From NCBI GenBank assembly GCA_000826855.1, contig JTLS01000001.1, forward strand, positions 1 to 64,000: a DNA stretch of 64,000 nt. The letters are read 5' to 3'. The stretch's first letter is position 1, and every line of letters starts with the position of its first letter. This DNA is from Basidioascus undulatus (Eukaryota). Under the pieces are notes generated by a model, which saw nothing but the letters and a program-made list of their open reading frames with translations, did no database searches and had not been told where the DNA came from. The position numbers and the translations under genes are program-made. Shown here piece by piece: positions 30,375 through 41,809 of the stretch.

Positions 30375-30969
30375 TCGGACATGAGTAGCGAGGTTTTTAG
30401 AGGTAAGAAATATTAGTGAAGAACGTGGAACGAGTTATGGACTTCCGGCGTAAGCGCAGAACCGGATGGTGAGCGGAGGGATCGGAGGTGGCAAGGAGGT
30501 GGAGTGGTGCCTTGCATCGTTTCGTCCCACAGTTAGGGTCACGTCCGGGCCCACCTTCGACTCCCCTCAGTACTAAAGTGATTCAAAGTGGATGGAAGGT
30601 GACCTTTCGACTTTCATATTGGAAGCGTCGGATCTCCATGCACGCCGGTGAATGGGCGAGGCGAACCGTCGAAATGGGCATGAGCCTCTGTCCACCCCTT
30701 CGACTCCGTCCGCGCTGTGTGACGTACGGCCGGCAATCCGGGACATGGAAAAGACCTGCAGATTCCCTTGCTGCCCTTATGTATATACAGACCCTCTCTC
30801 AATAGTCGCTTTCTATCGAGATCACAAGAAATAAAGCGCCAGAGGTGACCAATCCCGGTTTCAGCATCACAGCAGCAAGCGGCAGGCGGCGCGGCGAAAG
30901 CATCAATCCCACATCCTAAGAGAGTGTGCCCTCCCTCCAACGTGCTCCAACGCTGCCATGTTGGCGTGT

Positions 30970-32894
30970 CTATGCAGTACCGTGCGCCCCGACCGAACCT
31001 TCCACGATCCCCTCGACAAGCCTCTTCATGTCCTCCGCGCGCTTCTTCCCCTCCTCGAGCACCTCCTCGTGCGAGACCGTCTCCTCAGCCTTATGCGGCG
31101 GGAGCGGCTTGCCGGCAATCTACTCCCCGCACACAAGTTCAACACATGCGCTGGCGTGGAGAGAGGAGAGTTAGTGAGGGAAGAGCCTGGTCATACCTCG
31201 GCTTCCACCTCGGCCTTTGCAGACTGGTACGTCTCGGGAATCACCACTGCATTGGTGACGAGCGAGAGAACCAGGACCTTGACGCCCTGTTTCGGTCGAC
31301 CGCAATGATGGTAAGATTCAGATGAAGCGGGAGAGGGGAGAGAAAAAGGGAGGGAAAAGGAAGAATGGAAGAAGATGACGTACGGCATGGTGCGCTGCAA
31401 TAACTTCCGGGACTGTGGTACGTCGGACGCATTAGCCGGTCATTAAGCAGGGACGAGGCCCGGCAACTGTGCGCACCAGTCGACATGCCCACGACATCCT
31501 TCGTGCAAGATCACCAGTGACACAGAGGAATAAGCCACCGCACGCTGATATGCGCGGAATCAAAAAAAGCCAACCACTCACCGCACCCACCAACCGCAAG
31601 AGCCTTCCCTCCGCCGGCGTCTCATACGTCGGTCCTACCCAGCCACCCGGCACCGAATGAGCCCCACCGTCCACCCTAGTTCTCCCTTGACACTATCGCC
31701 TCCCACAGACGCACCGCTGACCCAAGCGTAAGTGCCCTCCGCAAGCGCCGCGCTCGGCAGCCCGATCTTGTGGGCCGTCTGGAAAGCGAGCTTGCGGAGC
31801 GTGTACGAGTGCGCGTCAGAGGTGGGAAGGAAGCGCGGTGGATCGTAGGCGAGAGGAACGGTCGAAGCAGGGGTTTTGAGGGAGAGGAGGGGCCCGCGGA
31901 GGGGGTTGCTGGACTAGAGGGGCAAACGAATGAGCGCCAGGGGAGGTGTCGGGGGAAAGGGAAGTAAGCGGACGGTCAGACCGGGCAGGGCGATATGGTC
32001 GTGGATGGCGACGACTGAATGCGGTAGTTTCAGATCAGCTTTAGTCTGTGGAGCTTGCGTCTCACAGGAGACGCACTGGTGCCGGTGGTGATGCTAGGGT
32101 TCAGGCTGCCCGCGGCGTTGGTGACTGCGAGTCGGGATAGCCGGGTCGGTCAGTCGAGCGTGCACAACAAATGAAGAATCAGGTAAGCAGGAGGTAACGG
32201 ACTGATAATGCTCTCGATCCCCAGCAGTGCCATGACCCGGATAGGGAAGATGACCTCCTCTATCGACCGGCCTGCCCGTGAAGCGTACACATCAGCCGCA
32301 GCGTAAGGCAAAATCAGTGCGCCGAGAGGTACCTTCGTAGAAGTGGAACTGAAATTTGGACAAACTGTAGCTTGAGCGGTCTGGGTTAGGGAGGAGGAGG
32401 AAACGAAGGTCACGTACGCGACCGAGCATGCACACAACGGGCACTTTCGTCTCTTGCCCAAGGAACCCGAATGCGAGGCGGGACTTGTGGCCGGGAACTC
32501 GTCATCGCGGGGGCAGGGTTGTCAATACATGCAGCTCAGCTCGTGCTCGTGGGCCGTTGTGGGCCGCTCATGCCAAGCCCCAATGAGGAAGGCTGGCCCT
32601 GCCGCCCCCTGGCTCATCCGGACTTCCCAGTGTCCGTCTACTTCACATCCAATGGCGTTCCAAGTCATGTCTTCCTCCAAAAGTCATCATACACTCACCA
32701 GAGCTCTCCGCGTACCCCTCCAGCTCAATGTACTCAATCTCGAACCTCTCCTGAAGCGCGTCGGCTAACCCTCCCAGGCCGGAACCGCAGACGATGCCTA
32801 CGCGCGGCTGACGCAGATTCTCAGGCACTTTAGACTGCAGCGTCTCGAGCGAGGACTGGAACTGAGGATGGACGGAGGAGACGGGGGCGGTCAT
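30970..32894 (-). CDS. PNP1: Purine nucleoside phosphorylase (trimeric PNP family)
   Basis: VGIVCGSGLGGLAD, VPGHKSRLAFG, MLGRFHFYEG, VTNAAGSLNP, EGTYAWVSGPTYETPAE, GADVVGMSTVPEVIAA, LSLVTN and SHEEVLEEG. Confidence 0.95.
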
Positions 32895-33217
32895 GGTCGA
32901 AGAACAGTCGGGTATGTCTACGCGTGCGAGACGGGTATCGAGGCGATCTGGGATGGCAGGACGCCGATGAAGCTATTCAACGATCGATCGAGCGAATGAT
33001 TGGCCTGCTCTGCAGTGTCAGTGGCTCACAAGAGTATTCGAGTCTGAGGATGGTGGTGGGTGTAAAGAAAGAAGAGCGGAGCAGTTATCGCAGGGGAGGC
33101 GTGGACGCGTTCGGCTTTTTGAAGTCCGACGCCCCGCGCCCGGAAGCAAAATCAGCCCTCAGTGCTCAACGTCTTCTCGCTTACAGTTTGACCCGCCACA
33201 CGCTCCAGCCCGCTACA

Positions 33218-33633
33218 ATGCTCCCATCATTACGCGCACTCGCGCAGAGGGCACCCCAGCAGCCTGCACACAGGCGGCGCAATGTTGCACCTCATGAGCC
33301 TTCCCGCCCGGTCCCCCCAAAGAAGTCCCTCCTCCAGAGCTACCTGGGTACGCCCCTCGCTCACCCTCCCCCTCCTCCCTTCGCGTACTCACCCTGACCT
33401 ATATCTCAGCTATTCCCCCTACAACACGCATAACCCTCGGCTTGGTCGCTATGGGCGTCGCTCTCGTGGGGCTTTACGTCGCGGACGAGCTCGAGGAGCG
33501 CTATCCCGCTTCGCAGGAGGAGAAGGACCGACTTGCGCAGTCGACGAGGTTTAACGTGCGCTTGGTGGACCACGAAGAACGGGAGAGAGAAAAGGAGAGG
33601 GAAATGCTGGGATACGGGAAAGATCGGATATGA
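33218..33633 (+). CDS. Small single-pass membrane protein of unknown function (1 intron), possible mitochondrial presequence
   Basis: MLPSLRALAQRAPQQPAHRRR...KSLLQSYL|AIPPTTRITLGLVAMGVALVGLYVADELEERYP...GKDRI*; ACAATG start context; GTACGC..CTGAC..CAG intron restores the frame. Confidence 0.7.
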
Positions 33634-34263
33634 ACAGAAGGATGGGCCTGGAGTCGCTGATGGGTTGAGAATCAGAGATGAGGCCGCGCTGACTCAGACA
33701 ATCACTCCTCACATTCGATCACGCTTTTCGATCAGCTTATTCTCCCAATTACTTTCAACTCGACGATTTCATCTCGCCCAACCGGGCTCCGCATTGGAAC
33801 CGGCCGCTCTCACACACCCAGCGCTTCTCCCACCCAACCCGTAGCGGTCATCCCTCAACCCACTCATCTTGCTCAGTCTTACGCGCTCGTAACCATTCTC
33901 GGAGTGTCGTTTCATATAAATAGTGTCTCTCGCGTCTGCCCGTTCGCAGGCCGAACCTCCGAGTGCTACATTCGAGTTTCTATTCCGCAACGGTGCTATA
34001 CCGTCATTCCGCCCCCTTCTCATCGATCTGACCATCGCTTCGACGTGCTTACTTGATTATCAGGGCTCCATTTCGGCCTCCGCTGTGAGAGTACTACCTG
34101 GTCAAACAGACCCCTCGCATGCCCCCAGCTCTCAGGGACCCGTCGGTGAGGTATCCTCATCGCTTTGATTCGCTTCACGCTGCAGCCCTTCCGCAGCACC
34201 CAATTACAATCCTCTCACTTACACGTTGCCAACTGTGCACTCCTTTCGATCGCGATTCTCCAT

Positions 34264-34317
34264 TCACCCCCTGGACGGTCTTGTCGGTTGTCACCCCCTG
34301 GACGGTCTTGTCGGTTG
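34264..34317 (+). repeat. Perfect 27-bp tandem duplication (TCACCCCCTGGACGGTCTTGTCGGTTG x2)
   Basis: Copies at 34264-34290 and 34291-34317, read directly. Confidence 0.95.
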
Positions 34318-34602
34318 GACGGGTCCTATGGGACTAGGGTCGGAGGAGCAACTCTCCTAATTGAGGGTGTCTTTTATGTTCACAGAATCTCGTATCCGTT
34401 GACTGTTCCACTGGCACGCAACGAGAAGAAACGTCTCTCAAATAGCCCAGGTATAGCTCGGACTCTGCGCACCAACAGTGCTTTTTGCATGATACCCACA
34501 AACATCGTCAGCCTACATGATAGTATGCATGTACTTATTTATAGTCACTCGATAGTCCCACTAAATGACACGGCAGTGGAAAAAAAACTGGCAATCACAC
34601 AA

Positions 34603-37600
34603 TCAGATGGAATCGAAGGCCGCCTGGATCGGCGCCCCCTGGCCGCTCTTGGGCTTGTTCAGCTTGAGGGGGTGAGCCTCTGTTTTCGCATTCAGCACAG
34701 ATTTGAAGCTGGTTCTACCAAGAAGGTCGACGAACCGGTGTTGAAGACGACCTCATCGAGGTCCATGACCGACGGGTCCGCAAAGGTGAGGTACAAGTAC
34801 TTCAGCGTCTCGGCGTACCTGAGTGCAGGACAGACGGTGTTGAACTGCAGAATGCGGAAAGGAGTTGAGTGTCTTGACATACCAGAATGACTGCATAAAG
34901 AGCTCAGAAGTATCGTCAGAGGCCGGCAGGGCATTGACACACTCACGGACATACCTGAGAACTGTCGTCCTGCGGAGCGGTCGGACCATTGACATCGGTC
35001 AGGCCAGCGACTGTGTAATAAATCTGTTAAGTGCCAACCAAGAGACTGCGACTAGAATGTACGGACATCCACCTGGTGCCTTGGCAAATTTTTTGAGGTT
35101 CAGGAATGCCTCCCAGGCCCACTCTGCAGCTACTGCGTGAGCGCAACAACGTAAGGGAAAGAAAGGCGAATGACCGACCCCTGTACTTCTCGTTTCCAGT
35201 TGCTCGCCAGGCGTAGAAGACTGACTGTGCGGAAGCGGTCAGCGTTGACCTATCAGCAGCCGAAAACGAAGTTACTTCGAGGACTGCGACAGAGCAACGG
35301 TCGGCGGAAGCTGTCAGTATTCGAAGCGGTTTATTTTTGTGATGATGTTTCTACCCTCTGGACGGAGATTGTATTCTGGGTTCTGTGACGAAAGCGGTCA
35401 TTTTTAAGGCCTTGTAGAGTGAGGGTACTTGATGTCGCACTTGGATGTAGAAACCACTGCGTTCGTAGCTGCTTCGAATGTGCTCGGCGAATCGTGAGGT
35501 CCAGGGAGGCACCTGAATGAGAAACTCACAGTTCCCGGTTCTCAGGAGACAACTTGGAAAGCTTTGCCTCGACATCCGGGTCGCCTTGCTGGAAGAAAGC
35601 TGTTTGCGATTGTCAAGACGTGACAGGTACAGGCCTACAGGTCCGGCCGGCAAAGCACCCATACCAAACGCTTCTGGACCGATACCTGTCGCGGTGCCAC
35701 GGTAGGTGTTGTAGCACGTCTCTACGAGCTGCTCTCCGTAAGATATACTTGCCACCCATGGAACTTATCGTCAGTAGTACATGGATTGAAGATCATAGAG
35801 ATGCCCCACATGTTTTGGTCATTCAGCATGCGTCCACCTTGGATCCAATTCCCACCTGTAACCTAACATCAGCTCAGCAGCGAGCTGTAATTCACTGGAG
35901 CCACTGTACCTGCAAAGCATGCGAGGTGCGAGAACCGGTTGATGTTTACGCCCCGCGAGAGACTGGTCAAGTACGTGTGACCTCCGACGCTGAACAGCAT
36001 GAGACTGTGTCAGCGATGGCTACGACCATATAGCAACTGTGTACCTCGAATATTTGATGAGATGCTTGATAGAGGACTGGATGCTGGCTATGGGCGTGCG
36101 GTGAAAGGATAAGTAGTTTCGGAAACATCACTGGACTTACTCACTCCTCCATGCGTTGACGTACTGAACGGACTCATTGCTGCCGACCATCTAAATATCA
36201 CTGGGTCAGGTTGAGATATAGTTGGGATGAAATGAAGGCCGCACCTGACCGTACTTCAAGAGGTACTCGAATGCTGAGTCGGATCTGCAGGACTATCATC
36301 AGTCAGGGATGCAACGGACAAACCAAACGCCGTGCTTCGTCCACTCACCCGCCGCCCCACGTCACGAAGTCATCGGTGGAACGACCGGTAGAAGGACTAA
36401 TACCTAGAGTATAGAGACCGGGTATGGCAGGGTTGGAACTCATAACAGCCCGAAGACTCCCAAGACCGAGGTCGCAGTAGGTGCTGTTGCCCGACGCCCG
36501 ACTGAGAGCGCACCACTCCAGCGCAAGAGTGCCGGCTACAGCAACTTTTTTAACACCCCGAAATATCAGAGACTATCTGACAGATTATTTAAGAGGCTCC
36601 CATACTGCTCTGAACACGCACAAGCCAGAAGTTAGCTATGGTCAAAGAGGATCAGCGAGCGAGCTCTACGCACCGTGTTCTGAGGCACCGGCGTCAGGTT
36701 GTTGTAATCAAAAGAGCTGAGGCGTGGGCATCATAAGTTCGGCAACTTGGTAGATGTTATTTGGAACTTACTTGTACGGTATCTTGTTCCCATCCCTCCA
36801 AGCGAAAGCGAGGCGATCAGCGAGAACTTGCTGCGGTACCAAACAAACAATTCAGCGCCACCACTCCGGCCATCAAGTCCGACGGTGATCACAATTACCG
36901 CCTGCTCAACCAAGAACCGGTGCTCGGACTTCTCCCACAGAAGCTCGAACTGGTTGTTCAAAAAGTTTCTGTCAGCACACCACGCTTGGGCAGGAATACA
37001 GACACTCACAGCTGATACCAGGCCGCCGATGTAACGAATGGTGAGCTGCGCCGGGGGATATGCCCCTCTCAGTAACCGAAATTGAGACTGTTATTCATTA
37101 AATGGCGCACTTCGAACCTAAAGCGCAAATGCGGTTGTCAATGTATACTTTGACGACTGAAGCTGACGGTAGTGCTTACACGCTCACGGCATCCTCCGAC
37201 GAAGTGCGGGAGAAGTCCAACCTTCTGACCCAATCCAACCCCTCCTGGACCTGGTCGTCGAGACCCATGATTATTTGACTGAAAGTCCCATTAGTCTATG
37301 TGTACAGGCTGGAGCCTATATCGCCTGAGCGTACGTCGTCAGGGCATCCACGATGGTGCCGCCCCACCCGGCCAGAACAGCGTCGTTCTCCCCGACCTGG
37401 CTGAGCGGTTTGAGCAAGTCGTATCCATACGCGTAGGTCCTGTAGTCCTCAAATGACTCTCGGAAAGTCGCTCGGATAGCCTCTGCTTTCTCGTCGGCGG
37501 TGATGAGGTACTTGTCTTCAGGTCCGGCCATCGTGTCGTTTAGTGCTGCCCTGGTGGCAGACACCCGGAAGAGCGCCATGGCCGCCATGGTGCGTATAGA

Positions 37601-37612
37601 GAGGAGACGCAT
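34603..37612 (-). CDS. Glycoside hydrolase family 47 alpha-1,2-mannosidase (signal peptide; very intron-dense)
   Basis: YAYGYDLLKPLS, GWGGTIVDALTT, VSVFELTIRYIGGLVSA, SIAVAGTLALEW, TWGGG.DSAFEYLLK, TGIGPE, YNLRPEVLESVFYAWR and AETLKYLYLTF..VFNTEAHP. Confidence 0.92.
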
Positions 37613-38572
37613 GACGGGTTCTTTAAGAAGTGAAGAACAATGAAGTCCAATAAAGTGAACTTGAAGGTGGTGGCGTTGAGGATGAAGGGGGTTTTTGTCA
37701 GCTAATGTACATCGGCCAAGGGGCAAGGCAAACGCATAACAGGCGGCTAGCGTTAGAATTGCTTGAAATCACCCACAGCTATTCTATATGATTTGAATTC
37801 CAGTTTATGTGAGCATAGCTCAGTGCGTGTCATGTTTCCGAGGTTTCAAGAGACCCTGTACGCTGCAGTGTGCCGCTTTCCTTCGCTGATCCCATTACAG
37901 TAACAAACAAATTATCGGAGCAGCTCGAGTTCACGTTGGCTATTCTCTTTGTCGTAATCCTAAGGGAGTCCGGGGCAGTATGCGATAGCGAAAAGTGGGC
38001 AGTCCCATCGTCGCAGTAGCGCTTGGTGCCAGCGCCCAAATGTTGTCCGCCCGTTTCAAGACTCCTCCAACCGGCATTTACAACACAATCAAGCTCTCGT
38101 GGACCGTTCAACGAATATGCCAATGATATATGTTACAAGTCGCCAGACGAAGTCGTTGCATTTCGTCACATCGATCTACGAAGGGACAGAACGGGGAGGG
38201 GGTAGGAAAGAGCGGCATAACACGAGAACGGGACAAGAATCTCTAATGCGAGGGATGCTGCGAGCTTTGCGAAGAGAGGGAGGAGGAAGAACAAGATGCG
38301 TCGACGGAGATAAAGGGGAGACGTGGCGATGCGGGAGGCGGAGACGGAGAGGAGGACCGGAAGAAACCAAAGATGCATGGACTATGGACTGTGTGGAAAA
38401 GTGTTCGCTTGACGTGATAGGGTGATCGTCACGGAAAGACTACAAAATAAGCGTGGGCGGATTAACAGGAGCGTGCCAGACGGTGCGTCACGCGAAAGAA
38501 TACAACGGAAAGAAAAGGGGAAAAGGGGAAGGGAAGGGAACAGAGAAAGAGGAGTCCGTCCGGCGATCGGGA

Positions 38573-40360
38573 TCACGTCGATCCACCGCCGAGGGCGCTC
38601 GCTTTGGACGCGTTCTTTGCGTTCGCGGCGGCGCTCGCGGCTGCCTGAGCCTGCTTCTTGACCTTGCGGGACGAGCGAGGCTTTAGCAGCTTGAGCAGGT
38701 GGGGCTTTCCGCGCTGGAAGTTGGGATGGCTATCGAAATGCCCGGCATTGTGTCAGCATCGCGAATCTCAAAAAGCTGGCGGGACGCGAATGTACGTGAA
38801 GCCTGAAGCGGAGATGGAAGGCGCGTGCTCGTAGTGGTCCTCGGCACCGTCGTGGTGCGGGTCGTGCAAATGTGGCGGGGGGAGGAAGGACTCGGTGGGA
38901 GGCGGAGAGCCGCCGTCGTACTCGTTGTGTTGACGGTCGTGCGCCATGAGCGATGTGGACGCGGCCGAGTCGGCCATGTCGAGCAGGCGGATGGCGGAGA
39001 CGCGTTGGAAGCCTGGCGGAAACAGTAATCAGATGAAGGCAAGCGCAGCGGAAAAATGATGCCGGACCGTAAAGGTTAATCTGAGACACCAAGATAACGC
39101 GGAAGTCAGACAAAAGTGCGGGTAGACTGGACTGGAGGTGACATTGACCCACCTGGCGAACGAACGAGGAGACGTTGGAGTGGCGGTAGAAGCGGGGGAG
39201 GACGTTTTGCGCAAACTCGTTGGCGTTCAGGAGGACGAAGGACTGGCCATCTTCGGACCAGCGGAGGTAGCGCCCGTAGGAGTTGGGATGGGAGAGGAGG
39301 TGCCACAGCTTGCTGTAAAATAGACCAGGTCGAATGCAACGACAGTTCAGCAGCCACCCTTCCGCCTAAAGCAACACACTGAAAGGCAACGCACCTGATG
39401 AAAGCTGTCGTTTCTCCGTCGACCATCGCGGTGTCGGCGCCGGGTGTTTGGTGGTAAGGAGCTTGAGGGGCGTGAGAAGGGGGCGGGGGCGGGGCGTAGG
39501 CGGATGTGGAAGGGAGCCCTGATCCGAGATCGTCGACGGGCGGCGAGTCGGACGGCGAGCGGATGCCGAGCGCGGCGAGGCTTGACGAAGGCGTTGGTGC
39601 GGAAGCGATGCGGTTCATTTTGGGCTTGACGTCGCGCACTAGGAGGTCCTCCATGTCCTGCCCAAACCAACCACCGATGGAGAGAAGCAGTCAGTTTCAT
39701 GCCAGCCCATGCAGGTGGCAAAAGGGGAAAAAGAAAGAGACGTACCGGGTTGAAGCCCTGCGCCAGACCACTGTACTCAAAGAACGCGCTCGGAGAGTCT
39801 CCCGGCTGAGGCGGGTTGGCCATCTGCGCGAGCTGGCTGTCGTCCCTGAACTGGGGGCTGGCGGACATCAAGCGAGATGCGCGGTTGCGCACTTCGCCGC
39901 AGGGCGGGTGGGAGGCGAACGCGCTCGGTACAAGGCCCGAGTTGCCGTCCGACGAGGGGGGTGGCGGCGCCGGTGCGGGCGTAGAGGAGGAGGACGAGCA
40001 CGTCGAGGGCGCCGCAAGGGAGCGCTCGCCGGGCGTCAGAGGAGAGGGGAGTTCGAGCAGGCCCTGCTCGTACGGTGCCAGGAGCGGGCAAGTGGCGCTA
40101 GTCTGGAAGGAATCGAAGATTCACACGTGGCTTTGGGTAAGCGAGTGTGTGAAGAGAACAAGTTATGGCCACGACGGAAGTGGACGGGAAGGACCGACTC
40201 ACGTAGGCTGCGGTCGATGAAGCCGATAGAAGACCCATTGACGATGATCAACGCTCTGTCCAACATCCTCCAGAACGCGGTGGAACTCACGACAAAAGCT
40301 GATTCCGCCTGTTGATGGCGCACGATTAGATTCAGGCCGGGAGGTCGTCGACGCAGACAT
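38573..40360 (-). CDS. Atypical HSF-type DNA-binding domain protein (domain at C-terminus)
   Basis: AFISKLWHLLSHP..YLRWSEDGQSFVLLNANEFAQNVLPRFYRHSNVSSFVRQ|INLYG|FQRV..[insert]..FTHPNFQRGKPHLL; TGA 38575-38573. The start is either 40360 or 40238 depending on the acceptor used in intron 1. Confidence 0.88.
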
Positions 40361-41809
40361 GGTCGGTGATGGGAGTGGCGGGCGACCAAAGAGGAAGCAA
40401 TGTCGGGTAGAGTGTAGAACCACGGACGCGTCGGTGGAGGGGTTTCGAGGATTCGAGGGAGCCAGGGCAAGGGAAAGAGGTCAGTTGATGTTCGGGATAA
40501 GGAGGAAGGCACGATGACACAGAGTCGGTTGAGGAACGGAGGGCTTGGAAGAACAGGGAAGACGGCCAGGGACACACCGGAGGCTTGAAGCGCACGAAGA
40601 GGCATTCTAATCTTGTAATCTTCTGGGATTAAGCGTTATGATGCGGAGGGGATGGTCGTGATGAGAATCAAGCTGAAGGAGGAGCCAGAAGGAGCGCGAA
40701 GCAAAGAGTCGGGAGGCGGGGGGTTCAGTTGCGGGTTGTCGCGGGTCGGGGCACAGCATGCCGAGTTCATATGTACGATATTTCATGTGCAGCTCTGGAT
40801 CCCCTGCCTGTCGGCTGTCCAAGAAACCGTCGCACAAGGCCGTCCCACGTCCACCGTCTTCCGCTCCGTTGCTCCTGTCCGCCCTCTGTTGTACGTTCTC
40901 CATCGCTTCTGTTTCTTCAGTGCACTCTGAAAAGATCAAGTGCGCAATTTACAGCGCTATCAGCACCGATAAAGGCAGCGCCAGGGCCAGGGACGAATTG
41001 CAATTTGGACCAAGCCACACTTTTAACTCGCCCGACTCTCGCGTGGCAGAGCACGGCCGCCGAACGCCCAGTCCGGACTTAAATACACGTGATCGTCTTC
41101 CTGCATCTTCTCCGGGCCGGGGTCGTCGGACAATTCGGTTCGGAAAGCCCGTTACATAGGGAACATCAATGGGACTGCAATTGGGAAAAGTACAGGTAGA
41201 ACTTGTATCATGTTGAGACGTTGTGGCGTGAGATGGCGATGAGGCCTGAATTCCGAGAACTTCGCCCGCCCATCCGGGCGATCCCGATATGCGTCGGCAA
41301 GAACCATAAGATAACAGCGATGTGCACGGACTGTCGCGGACTTCCACTCGATCAGTTCATTGCCTATCAGCGATCGAGCGGGACGATCATTTGAGGAAAC
41401 GTGGTTATCTTTCATTCAAGTCACTGCCAAATTCGAATGCCTTAAAGCCGGCCAGCTAGAGGCTCGGAAGGAGCACCGGAATGAGACGGCGGGCTGTGTG
41501 GTGTTGTTTGTGAAGAAAGGAGTGCTGACTCCAGCCGTCAGGATGGCACTGTCAAAAATGTTGCACACCGTGGTAAGTGTACCTATCGACTGACAGGGGT
41601 CATTTCATTTCAAACAACCAGGGCAGCCGAAGCGGAGGGTGGCCGTCGCAAGAGTGCGCAACTCACCGAGCGTCACTGAGCCGCTCCCCTCAAATCGTCA
41701 TGCATGTATTCTCCGCGTTTGGCATGTGAGCGTGTGTTTCAGATGACAGCAGACCCGCAGACATGTATTCCGAACAGTGAATGATCCTATCCTGCATAGT
41801 ATTCCATGT

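Noticed and set aside
34165..34890. 241-aa plus-strand ORF
   Set aside because: TTG start, no motifs, and its 3' part is antisense to GH47 exons and introns.
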